Of a DNA stretch of 64,000 bases, positions 51,823-64,000 are shown piece after piece. Below the pieces are notes generated by a model. That model did not search any database. It saw nothing but the letters and a program-made list of their open reading frames with translations, and was not told the DNA's origin. Origin of the DNA: Endomicrobiales bacterium. Its GTDB lineage: Bacteria; Elusimicrobiota; Endomicrobiia; Endomicrobiales; CAWCFT01. Both the position numbers and the translations under genes were made by a program. How positions within the stretch are numbered: the stretch's first letter is position 1; each line of letters opens with the position of its first letter. The stretch covers positions 1 through 64,000 of the forward strand of contig CAWCFT010000006.1 in the NCBI GenBank assembly GCA_963794945.1. The letters run 5' to 3'.

Positions 51823-52272
51823 TTACTGCTGAATTTTGCATTCCTGTATCATAGGGTTATAAAGTATTGAGTCGGCAGCTTGCTTGATCGCGCCGGCCGA
51901 TGTTTTCCTTTGAATTCGAATTTGTGCCCGGTCTTTATCTTGAGTTGTTCGGCGATACCTATATCTTTGACCGCCTTGGCCACGCTGTCGGCGACAGTGT
52001 CTGTTACACCTTTTTAAGCCATATTTCCGCGGAAAGCCCGCGACTTGATTCATCTGGGTTTACAACATACTCTTCCGTTATCGGGTCTATAAGTAACCTG
52101 CTGGATATCCTTTCGGCTTCCTGGCGGGTCAGCTCACCTTCTACGAGATAAACTGGAGAGTAGTTCACAGCAGTTACACCCTTGATGCCAAGCTCGGCTA
52201 TTTCGTGTTTGACGTGGTCGCCGTGCTTGTCGTTGAACTTTTTTTTAGTGAGATCTCTATCTTGTATATCAT
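51823..52272 (-). CDS. Tandem PurS-like domain protein; frameshifted
   Basis: MIYKIEI..D..G..LLIDPITEEY then a second unit ending LYNPMIQE; lies between purC and purL. Confidence 0.65.
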
Positions 52273-52288
52273 GCTTTTCTTCCTCGAG

Positions 52289-53181
52289 CTAACCCTTGAA
52301 TTTTCTGCCTGTTATTATTTCATAAGCTTCCATATATTTGGCTTTTGTGACTTTAACCACATTATCAGGAAGCACCGGCACCGGCGGCTGTTTATTCCAT
52401 TTTATGGACTCAAGATAGTCGCGCACGAACTGTTTATCCAGGCTGTCCTGTGATTTACCTTCTTCGTATTTCGACTCTTCCCAGAACCGCGATGAATCCG
52501 GGGTCAGGATCTTCGTCAATTAATATCACCTTGCCGTCATATATACCGAACTCAAATTTTGTGTCCGCTATTATTATCCCCTCTCGACTCGGCGTACTGT
52601 GAAGCTTTCGTATATACAAAAAGGCTTAGTTCCTTGATCTTTTCTGACAACTCTGGTCCTATTCTTTTTACGGTCTCATCAAAAGATATGTTTTCGTCAT
52701 GTTTCCCGCCCTCTTCCTTGCTTGAAGGAGTAAAGACCGGCTCTGGAAGTTTTGAAGATTCATTGAGGCCTTCGGGCAGCTTGATCCCGCAAACAGTTCC
52801 TGATTTCTGATATTCTTTCCATCCAGAGCCCGCCAAGTAACCGCGCACTATGCATTCGATATCTATCCTTTTGGCTTTCTTTACAAGCATCGAACGGCCG
52901 CGGAGGTATTCATACTTTTTGAGTTTTGTCGGGAACTGCTCGAAATCGCCAGTGATGAGATGGTTGGGCACTATTCCCTGAAACATATCGAACCAGAACA
53001 TGGAGAGGCTGTGCAGTATCTTGCCCTTATCGGGGATAATAGTAGGGAGCACAAAATCAAACGCAGATATCCTGTCCGAGGCAACTATCAAAAGCTGCTG
53101 GTCAAGGTCGTAAACGTCCCTTACCTTTCCTCTGTGAATAAGAGGCAGATCGATCTTTTCGTTTTGTACAGTACCGTTCAT
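52289..53181 (-). CDS. purC: SAICAR synthase; frameshift(s) near 52520-52580
   Basis: GKVRDVY, SDRISAFD, TPDSSRFW, DKQFVRDYL. Confidence 0.95.
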
Positions 53182-53196
53182 AGATTCTCCGAATAA

Positions 53197-54236
53197 TTAT
53201 TTGTGAGCAACCAAAAGAATTGCCCTTGCTATCAACCCGCTAAGCAATGCCGTCACCGGAAGGGTAAGGACCCACGCGTATATGATCCTTAAGCCCACAG
53301 CCCACTTTACTGCTTTCATCCTTTTAGCGGTCCCGACACCCACGATGCTTCCGGTTATGGTGTGCGTTGTGCTTACCGGGACACCCATGGCAGAGAGCAA
53401 CCTTCGAGCACAAAGGACGCTGAAAGTTCAGCTGACGCTCCTTCTATCGGCCTTAGGTGTGAAAGCTTTTTACCGAGCGTTTTGATCACAGCCCGGCCAC
53501 CTACCGCCGTGCCGAGCGACATAGATAGCCCGCAGATAAGCATTACCCATATAGGGACGTTCACATTCTTAAATTCCGCCGTGCCGAAATAACCTCCTAC
53601 GAAAAGCAGGAGTGTTATTACGCCCATGACTTTCTGCGCGTCGTTCTGCCCGTGCATCAGCGACATCAATGAAGATGTGAATATCTGCAGTACCGAGGCG
53701 CCTTTGTTGACGAGTTTTGGGCGAAAAAATGAGGCTAACGAATAATTGATCGTTAATATGGCGTGCCCTATTATAAGGCCCGATATCGGTGAAATGAGCA
53801 TTGCCAGCATTACCTTCGTTATGCCGGACATCACTACCACTTTGAAACCGAATACGGAAACAGCCGCTCCAACAAGCCCTCCGATGAGCGCATGGGACCC
53901 GGAAACCGGCAGGCCCTTAAAAACAGTATATATCTCCCATAATATTGCCCCTAGCATAGCAGCCAATATCACGTACATGCCGTCACCGCTATTTATGACC
54001 GAAGGGTTGACTATACCGCCACCAATAGTTTTTGCCACTTTAGTGCTAAGTAAAGCTCCGGCGAAATTAAGCACCGCCGCAAGCATTATTGCCGTCGAAG
54101 GCCTTAATACTCGAGTCGAAATGGCGGTAGCAACGGAATTTGCAGTATCATGCCAGCCATTCGCAAAATCAAAGGTGAGAGCCACAATAATTACAGCCCA
54201 AACAAATACCGGTATATGCTGCATTGAAGCGATCAC
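53197..54236 (-). CDS. pit: PiT family inorganic phosphate transporter; frameshift near 53400
   Basis: NGWHDTAN, HGQNDAQK, PVSTTH. Confidence 0.92.
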
Positions 54237-54255
54237 GAATGTTCCTTGAAAGCTG

Positions 54256-54889
54256 TTACGTATATTTAAATATTATGGACTCAACGTTCATGGCCGTCTG
54301 GTTGCATTTATCCAGCGCACGCTCCATCTCTTCAAGTATTTCCTTGAACTTTATGACATATAGCGGGTCTTTGCCGCCCTTGAAAAGCGAGGCCAGGACA
54401 TCATGATATATCTTGTCGCCTTCCTCTTCATAATATTTTATACTTTTGCATATTTCAAGCACTTTTCTGTCAAGTTTCTCTCCTGAAACAGCGCGTATTG
54501 CGTTCGCCGTCTCATGACATGCCTGGTCCAGTTTATTAGTCAAGTTTACCACATCCGGCAGCATTTCGGTCACGCTGTAAAGAGATGTCCTTCTCGCCGC
54601 GGCATCCATAAAATCTATTATATCATCGAGGTCTGAAGCAAGCTTATGAATATCTTCCCTGTCGTAATTTACGATAAATGTCCCCTCGAGCCAGTTCATA
54701 AGTTCGTGAGTGATATTATCAGACTCATGTTCGATATCTTTCATCTTGTTCACCCAATCTTCGACGCCGGTTACGTTAAAAGCATTTATGAACCTGGTGA
54801 ACTCATCAGAACGCCTTATCAAGGACGGTGGCGTAGCCGAGCATGTATTTTTCGAATTCAGTTTCTCTGCAAAAGAATTTCTTGAACAT
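54256..54889 (-). CDS. DUF47 / PhoU-like Pit accessory protein; probable 5' frameshift
   Basis: EHESD, DREDIH.L...LDDIID, EEEGD; GAGG RBS before ATG at 54889. Confidence 0.85.
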
Positions 54890-54909
54890 TGATTTTCCTC
54901 TAAAAAATG

Positions 54910-56436
54910 TTACTCCCATTCGATAGTAGCGGGCGGCTTCTGCGAGATATCGTAAACCACGCGGTTGACACCGCGGACCTCATTGATTATCCTGTTCGAT
55001 ATCTTCCCTAATAGCTCGTATGGCAGCTTCGCCCAATCAGCGGTCATGGCGTCAGCCGATTCAACTATCCTTAAAGCTATAACGTTCTCATACGTGCGGC
55101 AGTCACCCATCACCCCTACGGTTTTTACCGGGAGTATGACAGCGAACGCTTGCCAGAGTTTTTCGTACAGACCGGCATTTCTTATTTCGTTTTCAACTAT
55201 GAGGTCGGCTTTACGCAATATGTCCAGGCGTTCTTTAGTAACTTCTCCCAGCACCCTTATCGCGAGGCCTGGCCCGGGGAACGGCTGGCGGGTGAGGATT
55301 TCGGTCGGGATGTTCAGCTCTTTACCCAGTTCCCTGACCTCATCTTTAAAAAGGAATTTCAGAGGTTCAACGAGTTTCATCTTCATTTTCGCGGGCAAAC
55401 CGCCGACATTGTGGTGGGATTTTATCACGGCGGACGGCCCTTTTACTGAAACACTTTCGATGACGTCGGGATAAAGCGTGCCCTGCATTAGGTAATCGAC
55501 TTTCTTGAGCTTCTTCGCTTCGTCGTCAAAAACCGCTATGAATTCATGCCCGATTATTTTTCTTTTTCTTTCCGGGTCCGTAACACCCGCAAGCTTTTTA
55601 AGGAACCTATTGCTTGCGTCCGCGACAATGAGGTTATTCTTGAATTTCTTTCCGAATATCTTTTTTACCCTCTCTTTCTCGCCTGAACGCAGTACGCCAT
55701 TATCGACAAAAACGCAGGTCAGCTGGCTGCCCACGGCCTTGTGGACAAGGACAGCAGCTACGGAAGAGTCCACTCCGCCCGAAAGCCCGCAAAGCACTTT
55801 ACCTTTTCCGACCTTCAGTTTGATGCGTTTTAGCTCTTCAGAGATAAAGTTATGCATGGTCCAATCGGCTTTCGCACCGCAGACCCCGAACACGAAATTC
55901 TTGAGGATATCTTTTCCTTGCACGGTATGTTTTACTTCGGGATGGAATTGCACGCCGTAGATCTGGCGTTTCCGGTCGGCTATAGCAGCGAAAGGAGAGT
56001 TAGCGGTTGTCGCGATCTTCTCGAAACCCCGGGGCATCTTCGAGAGAGAGTCACCGTGGCTCATCCATACAGTCGGATCCGTGATGTTACCAAATAATGA
56101 TTTTCTTGTCTTTATATTGAGCTTCGCAAGCCCGTATTCGCGATGGTTGGAACGTTTTACCTTGCCGCCATACTGCTCCGCGATGAGCTGCATGCCGTAA
56201 CAGATGCCGAGTATCGGCACTCCAAGGTTCCAGACCCTACCGTCAGGCCACGGCGCGTTCTTTTCATAAACAGACGAAGGTCCGCCTGAGAGTATGACAC
56301 CCCTGACATTTTCAAGCGACCCAAACGTCTTTATATCCCTGTTGCCCGGATATATCTCGCAATAAACTTTTAATTCCCTTATCCTGCGCGCGATCAACTG
56401 CGTGTACTGTGACCCAAAATCAAGAATTAATATCAT
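54910..56436 (-). CDS. guaA: GMP synthase
   Basis: [40 protein letters not shown]. Confidence 0.99.
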   Translation of the reverse strand: MILILDFGSQYTQLIARRIRELKVYCEIYPGNRDIKTFGSLENVRGVILSGGPSSVYEKNAPWPDGRVWNLGVPILGICYGMQLIAEQYGGKVKRSNHREYGLAKLNIKTRKSLFGNITDPTVWMSHGDSLSKMPRGFEKIATTANSPFAAIADRKRQIYGVQFHPEVKHTVQGKDILKNFVFGVCGAKADWTMHNFISEELKRIKLKVGKGKVLCGLSGGVDSSVAAVLVHKAVGSQLTCVFVDNGVLRSGEKERVKKIFGKKFKNNLIVADASNRFLKKLAGVTDPERKRKIIGHEFIAVFDDEAKKLKKVDYLMQGTLYPDVIESVSVKGPSAVIKSHHNVGGLPAKMKMKLVEPLKFLFKDEVRELGKELNIPTEILTRQPFPGPGLAIRVLGEVTKERLDILRKADLIVENEIRNAGLYEKLWQAFAVILPVKTVGVMGDCRTYENVIALRIVESADAMTADWAKLPYELLGKISNRIINEVRGVNRVVYDISQKPPATIEWE

Positions 56437-56475
56437 TGATTACCTTTCTAGATATATTTTTGCACTTATTCCGAA

Positions 56476-57636
56476 CTATTTACACATACCGATCTTCTGG
56501 GCCTTCTGGAACAGCTTGCCTTCGTGCTTTATGTCAGGCGCTATTATAAGCTCGACCATCTGCATCTCTCTGATGTTCTTTGCCCCAACAGTTCCCATGC
56601 AGGTTTTGAGTGCGCCCACAAGGTTCTGTGTGCCGTCATCAAGCCTCGCCGGCCCGTAAAGTATCTCTTCAAGCGGCCCTGTTACTCCAACCCTTACCCT
56701 TGTGCCTCTGGGGAGATTATGATGAGGAGTCGCCATGCCCCAGTGAAAGCCTCTGCCGGGCGCTTCTTCGGTACGGGCGAACGCAGAGCCGACCATTACG
56801 GCATCCGAACCGGACGCGAAAGCCTTGCATATATCTCCACCTGAACTCATTCCGCCATCCGTAATAATTGATACATATTTACCTGATTTTTTGAAATAGA
56901 AATCTCTGGCAGCAGCGCAGTCAACGGTTGCCGTAACCTGGGGAACGCCTATACCCAAAACACCGCGCGACGTGCAGGCCGACCCCGGCCCGACGCCGAC
57001 AAGCAAAGCCGCGCATCCGCACTCCATAAGCTCAAGCGCCGCCTCATATGTAACTACGTTGCCGATTATTACTGGTATCTTCATGTCCAAGCAGAATTTC
57101 TTGAAATCCATCGCCTGATACTGAGTTGTTATGTGCCTCGCGGTAGTAACCGTCGACTGCACTACAAAGAGGTCGGCGCCTGCTTCCTGCGCCAGCTGGC
57201 CGAAACGGACTGCGTTGGCCGGAATGCACGAAACAGCGGCGTATCAGCCGCCTTTTTTTATCTCTTTTACGCGCTGGCCTACAAGTTTTTCTTTGATAGG
57301 TTCTTTATATATGTCCTGGACAAGCGCCGTAGCTTCTTCGGGAGAAGCTGACGCGATCTTGTCAAGTATTATCTCGGGTTTTTCGTAACGGGTCTGTATG
57401 CCGTCCAAATTGAGTACCGCGAGCCCGCCCTGTTTGCCCATGGCGATTGCGAACTTCACGTCAACAACACCGTCCATGGCGCTGGCTAGGAACGGTATGT
57501 CGAGCTTGACATTGCCCAGGCTTACTGCGATCTCCACTTCTTCGGGGTTCACCGTAATATTGCCCGGAACGATAGCTATCTCATCAAATCCATAAGCCCT
57601 GCGGGCTTCCCTGTCACGTCCGATAAAAAATGCCAT
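56476..57636 (-). CDS. guaB3: GuaB3-family IMP dehydrogenase; frameshift(s) near 57215-57245
   Basis: ARRAYGFDEIAIVP, ASAMDGVV, GVGPGSACTSR, HWGMATP..LPRG. Confidence 0.9.
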
Positions 57637-57647
57637 TTACAACCTCC

Positions 57648-57721
57648 AGTTGTAAGCTATAAGAAATAAGCTATAAGAGTGATTTTTCTTACAGCTTAAA
57701 AACTTATGGCTTATTGCTTAG
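57648..57721. repeat. Family A heptamer inverted-array hairpin (dcd/guaB3 junction)
   Basis: TAAGCTA TAAGAAA TAAGCTA TAAGA ... TCTTA CAGCTTA AAAACTTA TGGCTTA TTGCTTA. Confidence 0.85.
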
Positions 57722-57722
57722 T

Positions 57723-58274
57723 TTATATTTTTGCGTGTGTGATATCTTTCTGCGCCTGATACTTTCCTTTTTTATCCGCGTATGATGTCTCGCAAACTTC
57801 ATCAGACTCAAGGAAAATCACTTGCGCGATACCTTCGTTGACGTACAGTTTGGCCGAAGCAGGCGATGTGTTTGATATGCTCATAGTAACATATCCCTCC
57901 CACTCAGGCTCAAAAGGAGTGACGTTCACTACAACACCGCACCGGGCATACGTTGATTTTCCGAAGCATATGGTAAGGATCTTACGCGGAATCCTGAAAT
58001 ACTCGACCAAACGGGCGAGAACGAACGAATTAGGCGGCAACTCAATATATTCCTTCGCCTTAACTTCGCGGAACAGAGCCGGATTGAATTTCTTTGGATC
58101 AAGCAGGTCGTTCTTCGAACCGTCAAATATCTTGAACTCATCAGCCACACGCATATCGTAGCCGTAAGATGACACTCCAAACGATATCTTCCCGTCTTTG
58201 ACCTGCTCAGGCGCGAAAGGCTCTATCATACCCTTCGCCCCCATCTCCCTTATCCACTTATCGTTTTTAATCAT
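57723..58274 (-). CDS. dcd: dCTP deaminase
   Basis: [27 protein letters not shown]; start MIKNDKW. Confidence 0.95.
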   Translation of the reverse strand: MIKNDKWIREMGAKGMIEPFAPEQVKDGKISFGVSSYGYDMRVADEFKIFDGSKNDLLDPKKFNPALFREVKAKEYIELPPNSFVLARLVEYFRIPRKILTICFGKSTYARCGVVVNVTPFEPEWEGYVTMSISNTSPASAKLYVNEGIAQVIFLESDEVCETSYADKKGKYQAQKDITHAKI

Positions 58275-58284
58275 TAGTTTATTT

Positions 58285-60584
58285 TTACCAACATTTACTG
58301 TAGCCGCAGCCCCTACAAACCACGCAGCCTTCGCCGAATTCAAGCATTTCGCCGCACTCGGGACACTGGGGGCATGAGCCAACCAGGTTCTGTTTGTTAA
58401 TGCTCACTGGTATAGCGGGTTTTACGTCCTCACCCGAAGCTGGTAGAGGCCGGTTAACGAACAACCCCGGTACTGATCTATCTTTTATATAGTTATCCAA
58501 GGCCTTGGCTATAGCATCAGCGCAGGACAATATGGCCCCGCCCTCAGCCAGTGTCGGTGACGGACAGCGTATGCCCTTGAGTTGGTATATTATTTCTTCC
58601 TGGCTTATGCCGGAACGCAGTGCCAACGAGATCAAGACGGCTGACGGCTTCCGCCTGCGAGGCCGTACACCCGCCTGACTTGCCGAGCTGCGTGAACACT
58701 TCGCACGCACCCTGCTCGTCTTCGTTGACCGTGACATACATCTTTCCGCAGCCAGTGTGCATGAGTAGTGTGGACCCGCGGGTGACCTTCGGGCGCAGTC
58801 TAGGGCGTCTCTCTTTGTACTCTACTTTCGCGCCGGCTTTCTTGCTGCCAACGTTTAAGACCTGCTCGTCCCGCGAACCGTCCCTGTAGACAGTTACGCC
58901 TTTGCAGCCGAGTTTGTAGGAAAGCTCGTATGCTTTTTCAACGTCTTCCTTAGTCGCGGTGTGGCCGAAGTTCACTGTCTTTGAAACCGCGTTATCTGTA
59001 TATTTCTGGAAGGCCGCCTGCATTCTTATGTGGTCTTCTGGGGAGATATCGTGGGAAGTTATGTAGACCTTCTTTACCTTATCAGGTATTTCCTTGAATT
59101 CCTTGATGCTGCCTTTTTCAGCTATTTTATCGATGAGTTCTTTCGAGTAAAAGCCCATATCCTTCGCCGTCTTTTCAAAGTAGGAGTTGACTTCGTACAT
59201 GTCCTGGTTATCAAGGCAGTTAGAACGCTTGTAGACCACAGCGAAATTCGGCTCTATGCCTCCGGAAGCTCCTGCGATTATACCTATCGTCCCGGTTGGG
59301 GCGATGGTTGTAAGCGTAGCGTTGCGCCGGGGGTCGCCGCTCGCGTAGACGCTCTTTTTAAAGTTAGGGAAAGCGCCTCTTTTGAGGGCGAGGTCTTCCG
59401 ACGTGCTCGCTGCCTTATCGTGGATGAACATCATGACTTTCTCGGCAAGTTTCAGTGCTTCGTGAGAGTTGTACGGTATGTTCATCTGAACCAGCATGTC
59501 CGCCCAGCCCATGACTCCAAGCCCTATCTTGCGGTTGGCCCTTGTCATTTCTTCTATCTTCTTTATGGGGAAATTATTCATGTCTATAACGTTGTCAAGG
59601 AAGTGAACTGCGGTCCTTGTGACCTTCTCTAGGCGGTCCCATTCGATAGTGCCGTTAGTGACGAAGTGGGAAAGGTTTATCGAGCCGAGGTTGCACGACT
59701 CGTAAGGAAGGAGCGGTTGTTCACCGCAGGGGTTTGTGGACTCTATCGCGCCTATCGCTGGAGTGGGGTTGCCGTCGTTCATCCTGTCAATGAAAACTAT
59801 CCCCGGCTCGCCGTTCTTCCAGGCCTGGTCTACTATTTTTTCCATAACTTCCTTGGCCTTGAGCTTTCCGGCTTCTTCTTTTGTCCTTGGGTTGTAGAGG
59901 CTGTACTCGGAATCGTCTTCCAGTGCATCCATGAACTCTTTAGTTATGCCTACCGATATGTTGAAATTGTTGAGGCTGTCATTCTTGGTTTTGCAGCTTA
60001 TGAAATCCATTATATCCGGGTGGTCTACGCGAAGTATGCCCATATTGGCGCCGCGGCACGTGCCGCCCTGCTTTATCGCTTCAGTTGCCGCGTTGAAAAC
60101 CTGCATGAAAGATACCGGCCCAGATGATACTCCGCTGGTCGAGTTTACTACGTCCCTGCTGGGGCGAAGCCTCGAGAAAGAGAAGCCCGTGCCGCCGCCT
60201 GACTTGTGTATGAGCGCTGTGTTTTTTAGAGTTTCAAAGATTGAGTCCATGGAGTCTTCTATTGGCAGGACAAAACACGCAGGAGAGCTGCTGCAGCGGG
60301 CGCCCCGCATTCATAAGTGTTGGCGAGTTAGGCAGAAAGTCCATAGTCGCCATCGCGACGTAGAATTCCTGCGCCGCCATTTCCACATCGGCGTTGGCAT
60401 CGTAATTCTTGTCTGCCTGGGCTATGTTCTCGGCAACTCTCCAAAAAAGCTCTTCGGGCTTTTCGGATACCTTGCCTTCGATATCCTTTCTCAGATACCG
60501 CTTTTCCAGCACAGTAAGCGAGTTTGACGTTACAACCGGTTTAACCTTTGCCAACAGCTCTTCGCGACTTGCACTCATGACCAT
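58285..60584 (-). CDS. nrdJ: Class II (B12-dependent) ribonucleotide reductase with TSCPD/Zn-ribbon C-terminus; frameshifts near 60285 and 58630
   Basis: [50 protein letters not shown]. Confidence 0.94.
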
Positions 60585-60607
60585 TCTCTCCTCCGCGTTA
60601 CTTCAGG

Positions 60608-60687
60608 GATAAGGGGCAAGGGTTAAGGGGTAAGTAAATTCTTTTTTGCTATTTCACTTACCGCTTACCGCTTATCACTTACCGCTG
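60608..60687. repeat. Family A variant heptamer hairpin (nrdR/nrdJ junction)
   Basis: TAAGGGG CAAGGGT TAAGGGG TAAG ... CTTACCG CTTACCG CTTATCA CTTACCG. Confidence 0.85.
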
Positions 60688-60693
60688 TATTAA

Positions 60694-61185
60694 TTAAACT
60701 TTCATTTTCTGCTGCTGTTTTGCGTGCTCTTTCTTCAACTTCTTAAGCTCGTCCATGAACGTGTCAATGTCGCCGAACTGACGGTACACTGACGCGAACC
60801 TTATATACGCTACAAGGTCCAAGTCCCAGAGTTTTTCCAGAACTTTGTCCCCTATGACTTTGCTCGGCACTTCCATCACATAATCCTGCAACGCGTATTC
60901 TACTTCACTTACTATTTTTTCGATGGCATCGGACGATATGGGCCTTTTCTCGCAGGCTGTCAAGATACCAGACCTGAGCTTTTCCCTGTCGAATGGTTCG
61001 CGCCGCTGATCGGATTTTACAACTGCCAGTGAAACGTCTTCGGGCCTCTCGTAGGTAGTGAAGCGTTTATGGCATTCAATGCACTCACGCCTTCTGCGGA
61101 TAGCGGAAGAGTGATCGTGCGGCCTTGAATCAATCACCTGATCGTCAAAACTTCCGCAAAATGGGCATTTCATTTTTGCAGACAC
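60694..61185 (-). CDS. nrdR: Transcriptional repressor NrdR
   Basis: CPFC...DSR...RRRREC..C..RFTTYE, ATP cone, AYIRFASVY. Confidence 0.98.
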   Translation of the reverse strand: MSAKMKCPFCGSFDDQVIDSRPHDHSSAIRRRRECIECHKRFTTYERPEDVSLAVVKSDQRREPFDREKLRSGILTACEKRPISSDAIEKIVSEVEYALQDYVMEVPSKVIGDKVLEKLWDLDLVAYIRFASVYRQFGDIDTFMDELKKLKKEHAKQQQKMKV

Positions 61186-61329
61186 CTCCCGAGATTGATC
61201 ATTATGGAAAAAGATAAGGCATAATGAGGCTGGTTTTTGCGCGCGGTTGTAGCAGGCCCTGCATTATATGTGGAAAGTATGTCTATTATTTTAAATGGCA
61301 TAAAACCTGTTTTTTTCGGTCTTTTTGAA

Positions 61330-61471
61330 ACACTACATCTTGTGGTTTCTAAATCCTATAACATATATGTAGGATTGTCAAGAAAAAAACAAAACCTAAT
61401 ATTTTGGGTCAAATACACTACATATTAGGTCTCAATGTATAATAGATACTATATTTAGTGATGCTTGTCAA
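61330..61471 (-). promoter_or_regulatory. NrdR boxes and promoter of the nrdR-nrdJ unit
   Basis: ACACTACATCTTGTGG (61330), degenerate box (61360), ACACTACATATTAGGT (61415), ATACTATATTTAGTGA (61446); TTGACA-N17-TAGGAT at 61381-61353. Confidence 0.8.
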
Positions 61472-61773
61472 GTGTACAAAAAAATATATTTTTCTGATTT
61501 ATAAATATTATTTTGAGACGGAAAATAACAAGCCTGCGGCTGGATTAATTATTTTAAAAAAAGCGCATCATTAATAAAATGTTAATGGATTGTTAATTTG
61601 ATATTAATAAAATCTGAAAAAGAGCTGAACTAATTTTCAACGACCTTCGCGAAATAACTAAAACCCGTAAGACTAAGCCTCCTGTTTGCAATATTTCTTG
61701 CAGACTGAACCATCCGTTCTTTATTTTTTGGGTTCCAAAGCCTATCCTTATGTTCTGGCACATCCTGCCACAC

Positions 61774-64000
61774 CTATTTCAAATAAGGCTTGAGGTATTT
61801 TCCGGTATGCGACTCAGGGGTATTGACAATCTCGTCAGGAGTACCCTGCACTACAAGTTGGCCGCCCCTCTCTCCCCCTTCGGGCCCCAGGTCTATTATC
61901 CAGTCTGCGGTCTTTATAACCTCGAGGTTATGCTCAATTACCAGCACAGTGTTACCGGTGTCCGCAAGCCTGTGCAGAACGCTCAGCAGTTTCTCGACAT
62001 CCGCGAAATGTAGTCCGGTCGTAGGCTCGTCAAGGATGTAGAGTGTCCTTCCAGTCGCCCGCTTTGAGAGCTCTGAAGCAAGCTTCACCCTTTGCGCCTC
62101 GCCGCCTGAAAGCGTTGTGGCCGGCTGGCCCAGCTTTATATATCCCAAACCCACGTCATTAAGCGTCTCAAACATCCTCTGCAGAACGGGGATATTCTTA
62201 AAGAATTCGACGCCTTCTTCGACCGTCATGTTCAGTACTTCGTCAATGTTCTTGCCCTTGTACTTTATCTGGAGAGTTTCTTCATTGAACCTTTTGCCTC
62301 CGCACACCTCGCAGTGGACGTAAACGTCCGGCAGGAACTGCATCTCTATCTTGAGAGTGCCGTCGCCCTGGCAGTTCTCGCACCTTCCGCCTTTGACATT
62401 GAACGAGAACCTGCCCGGCTGGTAGCCTCTCGCTTTTGCTTCCTGTATCTGGGAGAATAGTTCCCTGATAGGCCCGAAAGCGCCAGTGTAGGTAGCCGGG
62501 TTGGAGCGCGGGGTACGGCCTATGGGAGACTGGTCAACTATGATCACCTTGTCCAAATGTTCCGTACCTAGCAGCGCCCTATGCTTTCCCGGTGTGTCTT
62601 TGGCACCGTAGAGTTTCTTCGCTAGCGACTTGAATAGCACTTCGTGAACGAGCGTTGATTTGCCCGACCCTGAAACACCAGTTATGCAGACACAGGTCCC
62701 TAGCGGTATCTTGACATCAATATTTTTGAGGTTGAACTGGGCTGCTCCTTTAATCTCAAGCACTTTTCCCGAGCCTTTACGCAGCTTTTTAGGCACAGGG
62801 ATCTTTAAGTCGCCGTTAAGGTATTGCGCCGTGAGAGATCTCTTATTCTTTAATATCTTTTCCGGTCGGCCCCTCAGCCACTATCTCTCCGCCGTGTATG
62901 CCTGCGCCGGGCCCGAGGTCTATTATCCAGTCCGCGACTCGCATTGTTTCCTCGTCGTGTTCTACCACTATAAGGGTGTTGTCAAGGTCTCTTAGCTTAA
63001 AAAGCGTCTCGAGCAGGCGCTTATTGTCCCGCTGATGAAGGCCGATGGAGGGTTCGTCCAATACATATAGTACACCCGTAAGGCCCGAGCCTATTTGTGT
63101 GGCAAGGTGTATCCTCTGGGCCTCGCCTCCGGCCAGAGTAGCGCTTTCGCGGTCAAGCGTAAGGTAGCCCAGGCCTACATTGATAAGGAATTCAAGCCGC
63201 GCGTGGATCTCTTTCATTATAACCTTGCTTATGGCTTTTTCTTTATCCGTAAGCGGGAGCGCCTTGAAGAAATCCCTGGCGGCAAGGACCGACATGGCCG
63301 TAAGCTGAGAGATATTTATTTTCCCCAGTTATAACGCTCAGTGCTTCTTTTTTTAGTTTCGCGCCTTTGCAAGTAGGGCATACGCGCCTTCTCATGTACT
63401 GGGCGTATATGGCTTCGCGGACATATTCGGACTCGGTCTCCTTGTAGCGCCGCTCCATGTTCCCGATAACTCCTTCGAAATCACCATCGCCGAAAAGCAG
63501 TATCTCCTGCTGTTTGCGGGTAAGCGTTTTCCAGGGCTTGTTCTGCGGTATACCGTTGCCGGCGGGTCACATCATTTATCATTTCCTGGTAGTATCCGCC
63601 CCACGCACCTTTCCAGCGGTGTGTGCGGGTAGTTATGGGGTTTGACCAAGGCACCAGGGCACCTTCTTCCACAGAAAGGGATTCATCCGGCACGACAAGC
63701 CCTTCGTCTATCTCTATCTTTGTGCCAAGACCCGTGCATTCCGGGCATGCGCCGAACGGCGAGTTGAACGAAAAAAGGCGCGGCTCTATCTCCGGCAGGC
63801 TTATGCCGCAGTCCACACACGAGTGGTGTTCACTAAAGAACCGTTCGCTTTTAAGTTTTCCGTCATCCGCAAGCAAAAGTGCGAGGCCCTTTGATTCCTT
63901 CAAAGCGGTCTCTACTGAGTCAGCTATCCTTGCTCTCGAATTCGGTGCCACAACTATCCTGTCTATGACGAGCTCAATGGTGTGTTTTTTGTATTTGTCT
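61774..64000 (-). CDS. uvrA: Excinuclease ABC subunit A, 5'-truncated by the window edge; several frameshifts
   Basis: [54 protein letters not shown]. Confidence 0.97.

Noticed and set aside
58275..58382. N-terminal extension of dcd in the ORF track
   Set aside because: It overlaps the nrdJ 3' end; the family-like start is MIKNDKW at 58274
34444..60687. CRISPR array interpretation of the heptamer repeats
   Set aside because: Units are 7 nt with no unique spacers, are dispersed as inverted arms, and no cas genes are present
29881..64000. Programmed frameshifting or phase variation as the cause of split genes
   Set aside because: Breaks hit unrelated housekeeping genes at varied contexts; sequencing error is more parsimonious

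Overview
Chromosomal window from a bacterium that is probably diderm and anaerobic. The PorV/UPF0164 gene, C-terminal-sorted cargo proteins and gene style suggest Elusimicrobiota or similar, but that is inference only. Almost all genes lie on the minus strand. Right half, in transcription order: partial uvrA, then a ~28 kb co-directional nucleotide-metabolism cluster (nrdR-nrdJ-dcd-guaB3-guaA-DUF47-pit-purC-purS-like-purL-purQ-hyp-purF-purD-purE-pyrR-pyrB-pyrC-pyrK-pyrD-ltaS-like-pyrF-pyrE-purM-purN-four-helix-bundle-purB) headed by NrdR boxes, then a GH161-like phosphorylase and a cysteine desulfurase. Left half: two tandem secreted beta-helix/FN3 proteins with a PorV-family gene, a bacterial ceramide synthase-like plus KDSR-like gene pair, mnmA, eno-ftsB-divergent rpoN-bEBP, stand-alone receivers behind a sigma54 promoter, and housekeeping genes. 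About 17 genes carry frameshifts, most likely long-read consensus errors. The most striking unexplained signal is three sequence families of 7-nt-periodic inverted arrays forming ~30-bp hairpins at gene junctions. One family brackets a four-helix-bundle (IVS/Avd-like) gene and also occurs in frame inside purM. No rRNA, tRNA, CRISPR array or autonomous transposase was recognised. All family calls are from motif recognition, not database searches.
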